A stretch of 64,000 bases of DNA from an uncultured Acidobacteriota bacterium (GTDB lineage: Bacteria > Acidobacteriota > UBA6911): the NCBI GenBank assembly GCA_963718845.1, contig CAVRAD010000017.1:403154-467153 (forward strand), in the 5' to 3' direction. The notes below the pieces were generated by a model. It saw only the letters and a program-made list of their open reading frames with translations. It ran no database searches and was not told the DNA's origin. This document shows positions 10,967 through 20,528 of this stretch, in pieces. The number at the start of each line of letters is the position of its first letter. Positions within the stretch are counted from its first letter, which is position 1. The position numbers were made by a program, and so were the translations under genes.

Positions 10967-11359
10967 TCAGGATTTCCCGTTTCCCGTTGAAGCCACTGAA
11001 CCGGCCAAGGGAGACGAGGAACGGCTAGCAGGCATCATTTCCACCTGCAAATGTTTGGAGTCGGGCATGCCGGAAGCGCAGGTCTCGCCTCCGACCAATT
11101 GATTGCAAACAGAGCCGAAAGCTATAAAGGACATTCCTTCCGGAATGTCCGCCCCGCGGCATTTGACTTCGGCCATGCCGAATTCGGTTTTGATGCTGAC
11201 CATAGAGCCCTCGCTTAAGCCCGCACGATCCATATCCGCCCGACTCAGATCAATCACATTGGTTGCTTCCCTGTATTCCGGATGTTCCTTTCCTGTAGAG
11301 ATGCCGGTGCCCTGTTTCGTGGAACGTCCTGTTATCAGGGTTAAACGCAAACTATTCAT
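10967..11359 (-). CDS. fwdD: formylmethanofuran dehydrogenase subunit D-like (molybdopterin dinucleotide-binding domain protein)
   Basis: 130 aa: LTLITGRSTKQGTGISTGKEHPEYREATNVIDLSRADMDRAGLSEGSMVSIKTEFGMAEVKCRGADIPEGMSFIAFG...SGMPDSKHLQVEM fits the FwdD / MopB C-terminal barrel pattern. It sits immediately upstream of fwdB. Confidence 0.7.
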   Translation of the reverse strand: MNSLRLTLITGRSTKQGTGISTGKEHPEYREATNVIDLSRADMDRAGLSEGSMVSIKTEFGMAEVKCRGADIPEGMSFIAFGSVCNQLVGGETCASGMPDSKHLQVEMMPASRSSSPLAGSVASTGNGKS

Positions 11360-12494
11360 AAATCCATTCCTTAAGCAGCGCGGCCCTTTGAATCAACTCG
11401 GCCCGAGTTTCGTCAGATGTTGGCCGGCTCGCAAGTACCGTGCAGATGGGATTTCCCTTGTGCAACGTCTCGCCCGGCGCAGGGATGTCCCGCGCGCCAC
11501 TATCCAACCATCCTTTCGTGTCCGGCGCAACAGCATTTCTCTCGGCAAAAAGGATTGCTTTGCCGAAGAAAGTCCTGTTACTAAGCACGGCTTCAAGCCG
11601 GAATTCCGGCAGGCTGCCAGACAACACAGCCTGTGCGTGCAGATGGAATATCGGCAGTTCATACGCGGTTTCGATCAATTCCATAGATGCCGAATAACGC
11701 GGATTGACTTCAGTCAGATATACCTTGTCCCCGTTGAGAATGAAGTCGATGCCGTTGACACCCGTCAGGCCATAGGCGCGCGTAAGAAATACGGCCAACC
11801 GCCGGACTTCGGCCACGAGAAATGCTGCTCTGCCGGGGTCAGCAATTTCAGGCAAGGGCAGAATGTTGCCGCAATAGCGAAATCCCCGTGAGCCGAACGC
11901 ATGCATTCCTATCAACTGCTCGGTGATCCCAAGCACAATGCAGTCCTGTCCATTGGCTACGAAAGATGCAGAGCACGCTTTCCCGGGAATATATTCCTGA
12001 AGCATAAAGCGGGTCCCGGGAAATTCCGAGCTTCTTAGAAAATTTACCCCATGCCCTCCACCACCTGACACGGGTTTGATAAGCCAGCGCCTGTGTGAAT
12101 CGGCTGTGCGTTTGTCTGCAGCGAAAATCGTCTCCGGAACCGGGAATCCCGCCCGCTCGAGCCGCTCAAACAGGTCAGCCCAGTGACGCACTGCGGCGAC
12201 AGCGTGTGGCGAGTTCCCCACGATTTTCCGGCTTCCGGCGAGACGTTGGATGATCTGGGGATAGTTTTCTAAATTTGATGTATAGGCAACGGCATCGTAG
12301 GAAAACTGCCGGCTTGCTTCGTAAAGCGCAGGCGGACTGTATCGAATATTGAAGTCACGCTGCAAGGCATAGGCCTCGGCGAGTGATTGCAGATCCCGGT
12401 CACCAAAAGCATCCAGGGCCAGCACTGTATACCCGCTGCGTATGGCAGAGGCCACCATTGCGCGCACGCTTATGCCTACGACAAGTATCTTCAT
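11352..12494 (-). CDS. ATP-grasp ligase (MfnD/OrfY-like), methanofuran or methanopterin cofactor biosynthesis candidate
   Basis: The likely start is MKILVVGISVRAMVASA (ATG at 12494). The fold is ATP-grasp_3-like (GGGGHGVNFL..., GVNGIDFILNGDKVYLTEVNPR). It is the first gene of the fwd operon and overlaps fwdD by 8 nt. Confidence 0.6.
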   Translation of the reverse strand: MKILVVGISVRAMVASAIRSGYTVLALDAFGDRDLQSLAEAYALQRDFNIRYSPPALYEASRQFSYDAVAYTSNLENYPQIIQRLAGSRKIVGNSPHAVAAVRHWADLFERLERAGFPVPETIFAADKRTADSHRRWLIKPVSGGGGHGVNFLRSSEFPGTRFMLQEYIPGKACSASFVANGQDCIVLGITEQLIGMHAFGSRGFRYCGNILPLPEIADPGRAAFLVAEVRRLAVFLTRAYGLTGVNGIDFILNGDKVYLTEVNPRYSASMELIETAYELPIFHLHAQAVLSGSLPEFRLEAVLSNRTFFGKAILFAERNAVAPDTKGWLDSGARDIPAPGETLHKGNPICTVLASRPTSDETRAELIQRAALLKEWIYE

Positions 12495-12574
12495 AACGTA
12501 GTGATCGCCGATAAAGGCGGTTAGTCTATCACAGGCAAATGCCGGAACGAGCGGGCCTGAACGCATTCTGGGAA

Positions 12575-12632
12575 CCAGGAGTCTGCCTGAATATTAGAAG
12601 GCGCATTTTCTATTAATCGGACAGACTCCTGG
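12575..12632. repeat. 58-bp imperfect palindromic element (copy 1 of 2)
   Basis: The sequence ccaggagtctgcctgaatattagaagg cgc attttctattaatcggacagactcctgg has arms related to the perfect palindrome at 26662-26719 (shared AGGAGTCTG.C.GA.TA.TAGAA core). Confidence 0.7.
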
Positions 12633-12684
12633 CCTATCCATAAAGATTTTGTTAGGATAGCTCCAAAATGCCGGAGGGAATTCG

Positions 12685-13800
12685 ATGGTGAAACGCAGGG
12701 TATTCGGCATCTCCCTGATTGCGCTCATCGCAGGAATCATACTTGAACAGGTCAAAGCCGGCGGACCGACGAGCGGCGCCGAAATTTACCGTTCCGCTTG
12801 CGCAGCCTGTCACGGGCCGGACGGCAGAGGCGCGCCCGACAGTACGCGAGCGTTTGAGAAACCGGACACATTCCCGGACTTCACTAATTGCGTGGCGACA
12901 GCACGCGAAGCGGATGATTTCTGGAGCGCCATCATTCACAACGGTGGTCCAGGCAGGGGCTTTTCGGAAATCATGCCCTCTTTCCGCGAGGCGCTCGCCG
13001 ATGATCAGATCAAGATGGTGATAGGGCACGTGCGAAATTTCTGCCGCGAGCCCGCATGGCCTCGAGGCGAACTGAATTTTCCGCGAGCTCTTGTTACCGA
13101 AAAAGCGTTCCCTGAAGATGAAATGGTGATGGACTTTGCCGTCAACGCCGAGGGGAACGCGGGCATCACAGATAAAATTGTTTATGAAAAGCGACTAGGC
13201 GCGCGCGGGCAGCTTGACATAAGCCTTCCGTTCAAGTTCCAGGATTCGGGCAACGGCAACTGGGATAGCGGCGTAGGAGATCTCGTTGCCGGATACAAGC
13301 ACGTGCTGGTAAGCAATCTCCGCTCAGGTTCCATTTTCAGCATCGCGGGCGAGGTTGTGTTTGCGACCGGCAATGCAGACCGGGACATGGGCAAAGGCGT
13401 CACCGTATTTGAAAGATTCGCGAGCTTCGGCCAGCGTTTGCCGAAAGACTCATTCCTCCAATTCCAGAGCGGCATCGAGTTGCCAACGGACACGGATATC
13501 GCAAACCGTGCGGTGTTCTGGCGAACCGTCCTGGGCAAGACTTTTGCGCCGGACAAAGGACTCGGGCGCCAATGGTCGCCCATGGTCGAATTGCTGGCGG
13601 ATCGCGAACTGGCTGTGGGCGAAAAGATCAACTGGGACATCGTGCCTCAATTCCAGGTGACTCTCAACCGGCGCCAGCACCTACGGGCAAACGTCGGACT
13701 GCGATTTCCGATCAACGACTTCGGGCCCCGGCCCACACAGGTCCTCTTCTATCTGCTGTGGGATTGGTTTGACGGCGGCCTGCGCGATGGGTGGAAATGA
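12685..13800 (+). CDS. monohaem cytochrome c domain fused to a predicted outer-membrane beta-barrel domain
   Basis: 371 aa. The N-terminus has a signal/TM segment (VFGISLIALIAGIIL) and a single CAACH haem motif. The C-terminal 250 aa or so show an alternating-hydrophobicity, beta-strand-like pattern and end with aromatic residues (LLWDWFDGGLRDGWK). Confidence 0.6.
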   Translation: MVKRRVFGISLIALIAGIILEQVKAGGPTSGAEIYRSACAACHGPDGRGAPDSTRAFEKPDTFPDFTNCVATAREADDFWSAIIHNGGPGRGFSEIMPSFREALADDQIKMVIGHVRNFCREPAWPRGELNFPRALVTEKAFPEDEMVMDFAVNAEGNAGITDKIVYEKRLGARGQLDISLPFKFQDSGNGNWDSGVGDLVAGYKHVLVSNLRSGSIFSIAGEVVFATGNADRDMGKGVTVFERFASFGQRLPKDSFLQFQSGIELPTDTDIANRAVFWRTVLGKTFAPDKGLGRQWSPMVELLADRELAVGEKINWDIVPQFQVTLNRRQHLRANVGLRFPINDFGPRPTQVLFYLLWDWFDGGLRDGWK

Positions 13801-13801
13801 A

Positions 13802-15431
13802 ATGCTGAATAATCAACGTTTTCGCTGGCTTTCATTATTAACAGCAGCCGCTGTGGCCGTGTCCATCTGGAGCGCCGAACCCTGCCGTCAAGTCGCCCGT
13901 ACCCAGCTTCCATACCGCCGACCGGTGCATGGTTTGCCATAACGGGCTGACAACGCGGGCAGGCGAGGACATCTCGATCGGCCTTGCGTGGCGTCCGACG
14001 ATGATGGCCAATGCCGCGAGAGATCCGTACTGGCACGCAGGAGTGCGGCGCGAAACGCTCGACCACCCCGAATCGCGCGCGGCAATCGAGGATGAATGCT
14101 CGATCTGCCATATGCCCATGGCCAGGTTTGAATCCAAATCCGCCGGACACGAAGGCACGGTTTTTTCGCATCTTGGGTTCATGCCGGATGACAATGGCGA
14201 CAGGCTGGCGGCCGACGGCGTTTCCTGCTCGCTGTGCCACCAAATCGGAAAAGAAAAACTGGGTGCGCGGGAGAGCTTCGTGGGAGCGTTCGTGATCGGC
14301 GGACCCAATGTGCAGGGCGAACGCCTTGAATTTGGCCCATACGCGCCTGACGCAGGTCACACCAGGATCATGCGGAGTTCAACCGGAGGATTTATACCCA
14401 CTCAATCGACGCACATCCGCGAAAGTGAAATATGCGCTACATGCCACACGCTGCTCACTAGACCTCTCGGCCCGGAAAATAAAGAGATCGGCGAGTTCCC
14501 CGAACAGGTCCCCTACCAGGAATGGCGGCACAGCGCCTATAGCAAACAGCGCAGCTGCCAGTCGTGCCACATGCCGGTAGTTGATGAAGACGTCGCAATC
14601 ACCAGCTTGCTGGGCGTGCCGCGATCAGAGGTTTCCCGCCACACATTCGTGGGCGGCAACTTTTTTATGAAGGGAATTCTCAATCGCAACCGCACCGAGT
14701 TAAGCGTGGCGGCGCTCCCCGACGAACTTTCGGCATCTGCGGAGAGAACAAAGGATCACCTGAAATCGGAAGCAGCGCGCATTTCGATAGTAAGAATGGA
14801 AGTTCGGGACGGCCGGCTGGAAACGGACGTGTCGGTCGAAAACCTGGCGGGGCACAAGCTGCCGACCGCATACCCTTCGCGAAAAGCCTGGCTGCATTTT
14901 GTCGTCCGCGACAAGGATCTTCGCACAGTGTTCGAATCGGGTGCGTTGAGCGCGTCAGGCGCTATTGCAGACAACGACAACGATGCCGATCCTAACCGCT
15001 TCGAGCCGCATTACGCGGAGATCCGTAGTGCGGGCCAGGTGCAGATCTATGAGGCAATCATGGCCGACAGCAAGGGCGCCGTCACAACGGGATTGCTGCA
15101 GGCTGTTCGGTACCTGAAAGACAATCGCATACTGCCGCGCGGATTCGACAAACAGACCGCAGGCTCAGATATCGCCGTTGCTGGCGCAGCACTGGAAGAT
15201 GATGATTTCCGCGGCGGCACCGACCGGATACGATATTCGCTTGAACTCGGCGAGGCTCAGGGTCCATTCCGGGTGGAAGCTGAACTGTGCTACCAGCCAA
15301 TCGGATACCGTTGGGCCATGAATCTAAAACAGTACGATGCCGAGGAACCGCGCAAGTTCATGCGCTACTACGAAGATGCGGCCTCCTCCTCAACAGTGAT
15401 ACTGGCACACACACACGCAGAGTTTCGGTGA
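13802..15431 (+). CDS. pentahaem c-type cytochrome, one frameshift near 13870-13890
   Basis: Five CxxCH motifs: CMVCH, CSICH, CSLCH, CATCH, CQSCH. My translation finds the signal peptide MLNNQRFRWLSLLTAAAVAVSIWSAEP in a different frame starting at 13802. The track ORF 13929..15431 begins inside the first haem motif. Confidence 0.75.
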
Positions 15432-15507
15432 CAGTCACCATAACCTCGAAATTTCCACCTGGTGGTAATTAGGTGACTGACACCAAATTTTAAAGGGAGA
15501 ACTCAAT

Positions 15508-17970
15508 TTGGCGGAACAATATCGACCATGGACTTGGGAAATACCGGAAAGCAGTTCGGTCATGAAACGCAGCATGTCCCGCCAGGATGGATATGAGCGG
15601 GTGAGCGGACATGCCGCGTATACGAGAGATATCCAGCTTCCCGGAATGTTGTACGCCAAGATTCTCGCATCGCCCTATGCACATGCCAGAATCGCAAGCA
15701 TCGATACAAGTCAGGCGGAAGCGCTCCTGGGTGTGCGGGACATACTCAAATACGACGATCCTGACGCGATGACGCAAAACCTCACCGGGACAGACGCCCA
15801 TTACAACATCCTCACGCTTCCCGGCATCAGCGATTTCTACCAGCACCCTATGGGCGTAGCCGTCGTCGCCGACAGTGAGGAACTGTGCGATCAGGCGCTG
15901 CGACTTGTCAGGATTACGTGGGAAGAACGACCGTTTGTTCTGGGCATGGAAGAAGCACTGATGCCGGGAGCTCCCAAGATCTGGACGGAAGTGGAACGCT
16001 TAAAAGCCACGGCCCGGGAGCCCAATACCATCATGGTCGAACAGGTCGATTTCGGAGACATCCAAAAAGGATTTGCCGAAGCGGACAAAATACTGGAATA
16101 CAAAATCACCCGGGCGACAAACTCGCCGGCGGGCGTAGAAGCCATGGCGTGCGTTGCCCAATGGCGCGGTGAGTTTCTGGATCTCTGGATCCACCACCAG
16201 TATAACCAGCAGACGTATCTCAGCTCCGAGACTGTTCCTTCCGTTCAATTCGACGGGGACAACATGGATAATCCCGTCACGATGCCGCACAATCTCGGGT
16301 CTCAGCCCACCAAGAGAGATAATCCTCAACCTCCTTTCGCACCCTGGTCCAAAATCACGCTGACTTTTCCCTTTCAGGGCTCCTGGTTCGGAGGCGTTAC
16401 GTGGCTAGCCTATTCCGCCGCCTTTATCCGACTGGCTGTGATTCTGGCCAAAAGAGCTTCCGGCCGGCCGGTGAAATTGCTGTATGACGAAAGCCAGTTC
16501 TACTGCAACGGGGATGAGGCCGGAACGGTTACCTGCAAAGTGGGTGCAAAAAAAGACGGCACAGTTACGGCGTATCATTGGCATTCGGTAGGAATGAGGA
16601 ATCCTGCGATCGAAAAGACTCCGGAAAGCACACAGATCAAAAATGTCCGCGGTAGCCAGGAGTGGGCCTTCACCAATCAAGGCCATCATCAGTGTTTCAG
16701 GCATGGCGCTGCCGCGTGCGTCCCTCACAATATTATGTTTTCGCGCGTGGCCTCAGAGTTCGGACTCGACCCGACAGAAGTAGCATTGAGGAATGACGGC
16801 TGTCATGGCCACCCATGGGATTGGGTCACCCAGTATCAGAAGGAAAACGGTTTTCCACAGAGGCAAAGCCTCAAAGAGGTTATCGAGCGCGGCAAACAAG
16901 CCATAGGATGGGATCAGAAGTGGCATCCCCCGGGCACCCAAAAGTTGCCCAACGGAAAGATGCATGGGCTGGGCTTCATGTCCATCCATGAATGGCAAGT
17001 GGGAGTTATGTCCGGGCCCGCGCCTCCGCTTGCCTGTTTGATGCTTCGCGATGGGAAAGTCAGCATCATCGGAACACGTTGCGACATGGGTATCACGTCT
17101 GAGTCCGGCTTCCGCCAGTGCGTCGCTTCCGAGATGGGATTGAGATACGACGACACCGTTATTCAAACGCAACGGTCGGATAACAATACCTATGTCTTCC
17201 CGGGCCCCGGTGGCTCCTTCGGCACCACCGGCGCCACGCCTCAACTGGTGCTCGCCGCCAGAGAATTGAAGCGGAAAATTCTGCACTATGCCGTAGCGCC
17301 TAAACCCGGGAGGGGAGCGGGCACCCCCTTCTTCCCGGGAAGCAAACCAGAGGATCTGGATATCAAGGACAGCATGGTGTTTGAAAGGGCAAATCCCAAA
17401 AACCAGCGGACTGTGGATGAAATAGGCAGAGCTTTCTGGAATGCCGATCCGGCAATTTCCCACCCCGTTGTCGGCAGTCTTGCAGATCTGCGGTCCGAAG
17501 GGAAACTGGATCCCAGGCTGTGTTTCATGGCGCGGCAGGCCCATTTCATAGAAGTGGAAGTCGACACTGAGACGGGCCTGGTGGATGTTTTAAATATGGT
17601 GTGCGTCAACGACGTAGGCCACGTTTTTAATCCTCAAGGCGCCGAAGGCCAGCAGTATGGCGGAGCCATTATGGGTCTGGGCAGGAGCGCAACGGAGGAG
17701 AAGATTTTTTGCCCCAGAACCGGCGTAGGGCTGAACTATGATCACGCAGGCTACCACCTGGGAACCATGAATGACTACCCTCCCATCCAATGCATCCTGA
17801 ACGAAAGCCACCTGGGGTATTCCACGTACGGAGCCTGCGGCATCGGGGAGAATATTGGCGCCAGCGTTTCAGCCATCACTTCCCCGGCCATACATAACGC
17901 CATCGGCAAATGGATCTACGACTTCCCCATCACGCCGGATAGGGTGCTCAGGGTGTTGGGGAAAATTTAG
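15508..17970 (+). CDS. xanthine dehydrogenase/aldehyde oxidase family molybdopterin-binding large subunit
   Basis: 820 aa: RQDGYERVSGHAAYTRDIQLPGMLYAKILASPYAHARIASIDTS..., with C-terminal ...YGACGIGENIGASVSAITSPAIHNAIGKW typical of the family. No FeS or FAD partner subunit lies adjacent. Confidence 0.8.
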   Translation: MAEQYRPWTWEIPESSSVMKRSMSRQDGYERVSGHAAYTRDIQLPGMLYAKILASPYAHARIASIDTSQAEALLGVRDILKYDDPDAMTQNLTGTDAHYNILTLPGISDFYQHPMGVAVVADSEELCDQALRLVRITWEERPFVLGMEEALMPGAPKIWTEVERLKATAREPNTIMVEQVDFGDIQKGFAEADKILEYKITRATNSPAGVEAMACVAQWRGEFLDLWIHHQYNQQTYLSSETVPSVQFDGDNMDNPVTMPHNLGSQPTKRDNPQPPFAPWSKITLTFPFQGSWFGGVTWLAYSAAFIRLAVILAKRASGRPVKLLYDESQFYCNGDEAGTVTCKVGAKKDGTVTAYHWHSVGMRNPAIEKTPESTQIKNVRGSQEWAFTNQGHHQCFRHGAAACVPHNIMFSRVASEFGLDPTEVALRNDGCHGHPWDWVTQYQKENGFPQRQSLKEVIERGKQAIGWDQKWHPPGTQKLPNGKMHGLGFMSIHEWQVGVMSGPAPPLACLMLRDGKVSIIGTRCDMGITSESGFRQCVASEMGLRYDDTVIQTQRSDNNTYVFPGPGGSFGTTGATPQLVLAARELKRKILHYAVAPKPGRGAGTPFFPGSKPEDLDIKDSMVFERANPKNQRTVDEIGRAFWNADPAISHPVVGSLADLRSEGKLDPRLCFMARQAHFIEVEVDTETGLVDVLNMVCVNDVGHVFNPQGAEGQQYGGAIMGLGRSATEEKIFCPRTGVGLNYDHAGYHLGTMNDYPPIQCILNESHLGYSTYGACGIGENIGASVSAITSPAIHNAIGKWIYDFPITPDRVLRVLGKI

Positions 17971-18078
17971 ATAAGGAAGACATACTTCAGACATTCGGGA
18001 TTGACTATTTACCGGGCGTACTTCGATACCGATTTCGAAACCGACCCCAACGCCGATTTAGTTAGGAGATATAGGTTC

Positions 18079-18945
18079 ATGAAAAAGATTCTAGTCCAGT
18101 TCGACAGTGACCGTGCACCCAGCGTGTTCGACGCCATCACGGCCTATGATGCCGGAGTGGATGCTCTGCTGCCATACGGCGGCATTGAGCCTCGCGAAGT
18201 CCGCGATCTTGTTTATGGAGCCATGTTCACACGCGGGCCGGAAGACTTGAAAAATACCGCAGTTTTTATCGGCGGGATCGATGTCGGTAAAGGCGAAGCT
18301 CTTCTGCATGAAACGCTGGCCGCATTTTTCGGTCCGATGAGAGTCTCCGTTATGCTCGACTCCAACGGCTGTAACACCACGGCCACGGCTGCGGTCGTTA
18401 AAATCATCTCGAGAGTTCCGGTGCAGGGCCGGAAGGTCGTTGTGCTGGCCGGCACCGGGCCGGTAGGACAGCGCGCCGCCGCGCTTCTTGCAAAAGAAGG
18501 AGCACAGGTAACACTTACTTCGCGGACCACGGAACGCGCTCAAGCTGCCTGCAATGCGCTTAACGCGCGCTTTGGCGCAATAGCGGCACCGGCCGCCGTC
18601 GCCGATGCTGCGGCCACCGCCCGCGTGCTCGAAGGAGCGTGTGCAGTTCTTTGCACGGGCGTCGAGGGCGTGAAGCTCGTATCTGAATCAGAGTGGCAGG
18701 ACCACCCGACCCTGCGCGTGCTGGCCGATGTCAACGCCGTCCCGCCGCTGGGTGTCGAGGGAAGCCAGGCTCATTGGGATGGAAAGGAAATCAGAGGCAA
18801 GCTGCTCTTCGGTGCGCTCGGCATCGGCGGATTCAAAATGAAAGTGCATAAAAGATCTGTCGCCCGCCTATTCGAATGCAATGATCTCGTCCTGGACGCC
18901 GAAGAGATCATGGTCATCGCTAAGGAGCTGGCGGCGCAACAATAG
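18079..18945 (+). CDS. mtdB: NAD(P)-dependent methylenetetrahydromethanopterin dehydrogenase (MtdA/MtdB family)
   Basis: From MKKILVQFDSDRAPSVFDAITAYDAGVDALLPYGGIEPREVRDLVYGAMFTRGPEDLKNTAVFIGG, a strong Mtd pattern. AGGAG lies 10 nt upstream of the ATG at 18079. The track ORF starts earlier, at 18001. Confidence 0.8.
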   Translation: MKKILVQFDSDRAPSVFDAITAYDAGVDALLPYGGIEPREVRDLVYGAMFTRGPEDLKNTAVFIGGIDVGKGEALLHETLAAFFGPMRVSVMLDSNGCNTTATAAVVKIISRVPVQGRKVVVLAGTGPVGQRAAALLAKEGAQVTLTSRTTERAQAACNALNARFGAIAAPAAVADAAATARVLEGACAVLCTGVEGVKLVSESEWQDHPTLRVLADVNAVPPLGVEGSQAHWDGKEIRGKLLFGALGIGGFKMKVHKRSVARLFECNDLVLDAEEIMVIAKELAAQQ

Positions 18946-19936
18946 GACGCACCCGGGCCCCACGGTTTTGAGGCCGAACGCAGAATACCAGCCCGCCGCC
19001 CTGCGAATCCAGGTAAGCCCGCACCTGCCGCTCCAACTGCCGCGCGTTTTCCCTGCCGGCTACCAGCCCGTAGACCGTAGGTCCCCATGAACTCTGCCCG
19101 GCACCGGCAGCGCCTTTTTCGAGAAGGAATTCTACGAGTTTTTCAAGGACAGGCGTGGCGAAGCGGCCGCCCTGAACGGAAGCGAAACAGTCTCCCACCA
19201 TACACTGAATGCTCGTTAACGCCCTGCCAAAATTTGCAATATCCTTTTCGACGACCGCCGGCAGCATTTTCATCAGCAGCACCCAGCTGATCTTTTCCAC
19301 CAGACTGGACGGCGCTACCGGCAGTTGCAGGAATGCGCTGTGTTCCTTTGCACCGCTGAAACCCGGCCCCATATCCGGAATAGCCGTCACAAAATACCAA
19401 TCTCCGGGCATGGGGTAGCGAAATAAAACCGGCGGCACCCGACTCTTCTCTATTTGCCTGGACTGCCTGCTTTCATCGGATACGGCGGATTGGGCCGGAA
19501 GAATTCGATGCCCTCCATCCAATACAAAACCGCCATGCTGGAAGGTGGCAATGCCAATTCCGGAATGTATGCCCCTTTCCACAGCCACGGCAATGTCCGC
19601 AACGCCGAGCTTCAAACCGGCTAGCCGCGCTAATGCCGCACCCACGGCCAGTCCCAACTGAGTTCCCGAACCCAATCCAACATGGGCAGGGATTGCCGTC
19701 AACAGATTCAAATGGGCCCCCTTGGGGACCCCATATCGGCTTATAAAGCGCTCCGCATACGCGGTAATCCGGCTTATTTCTGAACCTTCGACGCGTAACT
19801 CATCGGCCGTCTCAGCCCGTAAGACCAACTGCGGACGATTTATCGCCAAGCCAATGCTCCCATACAGTCGCCCCTGCTCACCGTTGTTATCCAGCAAGCC
19901 CAGATGAAGGCGCGCGCAGGTCCGTACTTCAATCAT
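18920..19936 (-). CDS. mptG: beta-ribofuranosylaminobenzene 5'-phosphate synthase (GHMP-kinase fold)
   Basis: MIEVRTCARLHLGLLDNNGEQGRLYGSIGLAI...PAHVGLGSGTQLGLAVGAALARL. The ATG at 19936 overlaps the DUF447 stop (ATGA). The 3' end overlaps the mtd 3' end by 26 nt (convergent). Confidence 0.75.
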   Translation of the reverse strand: MIEVRTCARLHLGLLDNNGEQGRLYGSIGLAINRPQLVLRAETADELRVEGSEISRITAYAERFISRYGVPKGAHLNLLTAIPAHVGLGSGTQLGLAVGAALARLAGLKLGVADIAVAVERGIHSGIGIATFQHGGFVLDGGHRILPAQSAVSDESRQSRQIEKSRVPPVLFRYPMPGDWYFVTAIPDMGPGFSGAKEHSAFLQLPVAPSSLVEKISWVLLMKMLPAVVEKDIANFGRALTSIQCMVGDCFASVQGGRFATPVLEKLVEFLLEKGAAGAGQSSWGPTVYGLVAGRENARQLERQVRAYLDSQGGGLVFCVRPQNRGARVRPIVAPPAP

Positions 19937-20487
19937 TGTTCCCCCTGTTTTTCGACATATTTGCATACCAGCTGGAATGCCTGTTTTTCTATTTCAGAAC
20001 CTGTTTTATCAACAACCTTCATGTATTGGTTTAAGATATCGGCAGCTTTGTTTCGGCCGTGAAGACCCAGACGAGTAGCCATGATGGCGGCCTCAATAAC
20101 TGCGTTTTTTGCCCTGCAAAAACCAAGAAAATCCTTTTGCCGGCCCCTGTGCAGAACACGGCAGCGAAACTCCGCGCGCTCATCAGATCCGCCGATGGCA
20201 ACCACCTCCAGTTCAAGCCAGGAGCAGGCATCTTGAAAAATGACTCCCGGCACTGTAACCGCTGGGAAACTGGGCAAAATCTCGTCATAAAGCGCGCACT
20301 GGACGAAAGCCAGAACGTTATCGGACAAATTCGCCACGCCATGGCCGCGGGACAACAAGTTGTGGCAGGTCTGGCTGGTGCGGAAGGGTCGCACAATGAC
20401 AGAATCATCGCCCCACGAAATACCCATAGGAGCGAAATTGGGCTTGCCGTTCTCATCAAGAGTGGAAAAGATGGTTTCTAGGATCAT
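19933..20487 (-). CDS. DUF447 family protein (methanopterin-island associated)
   Basis: MILETIFSTLDENGKPNFAPMGISWGDDSVIVRPFRTSQTCHNLL... resembles the DUF447 proteins found in H4MPT gene islands. The alternative TTG start at 20508 lies inside a heptamer array. Confidence 0.6.
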   Translation of the reverse strand: MILETIFSTLDENGKPNFAPMGISWGDDSVIVRPFRTSQTCHNLLSRGHGVANLSDNVLAFVQCALYDEILPSFPAVTVPGVIFQDACSWLELEVVAIGGSDERAEFRCRVLHRGRQKDFLGFCRAKNAVIEAAIMATRLGLHGRNKAADILNQYMKVVDKTGSEIEKQAFQLVCKYVEKQGEQ

Positions 20488-20493
20488 GGCTTG

Positions 20494-20528
20494 GGTTACA
20501 GGTTCCAAGTTTCAGGTTTCAGATTTCT
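20494..20528. repeat. heptamer tandem array, about 5 units (GGTTACA GGTTCCA AGTTTCA GGTTTCA GATTTCT), single arm
   Basis: Read directly. It spans the 4-nt gap between DUF447 and the DHPS-like gene and overlaps both gene ends. Confidence 0.4.

Noticed and set aside
15426-15475. Small palindromes after the pentahaem cytochrome gene (GGTGACAGTCACC, CCACCTGGTGG) as terminators.
   Set aside because: The stems are 5-6 bp with loops of 0-1 nt and no T-tract, which is too weak to call.
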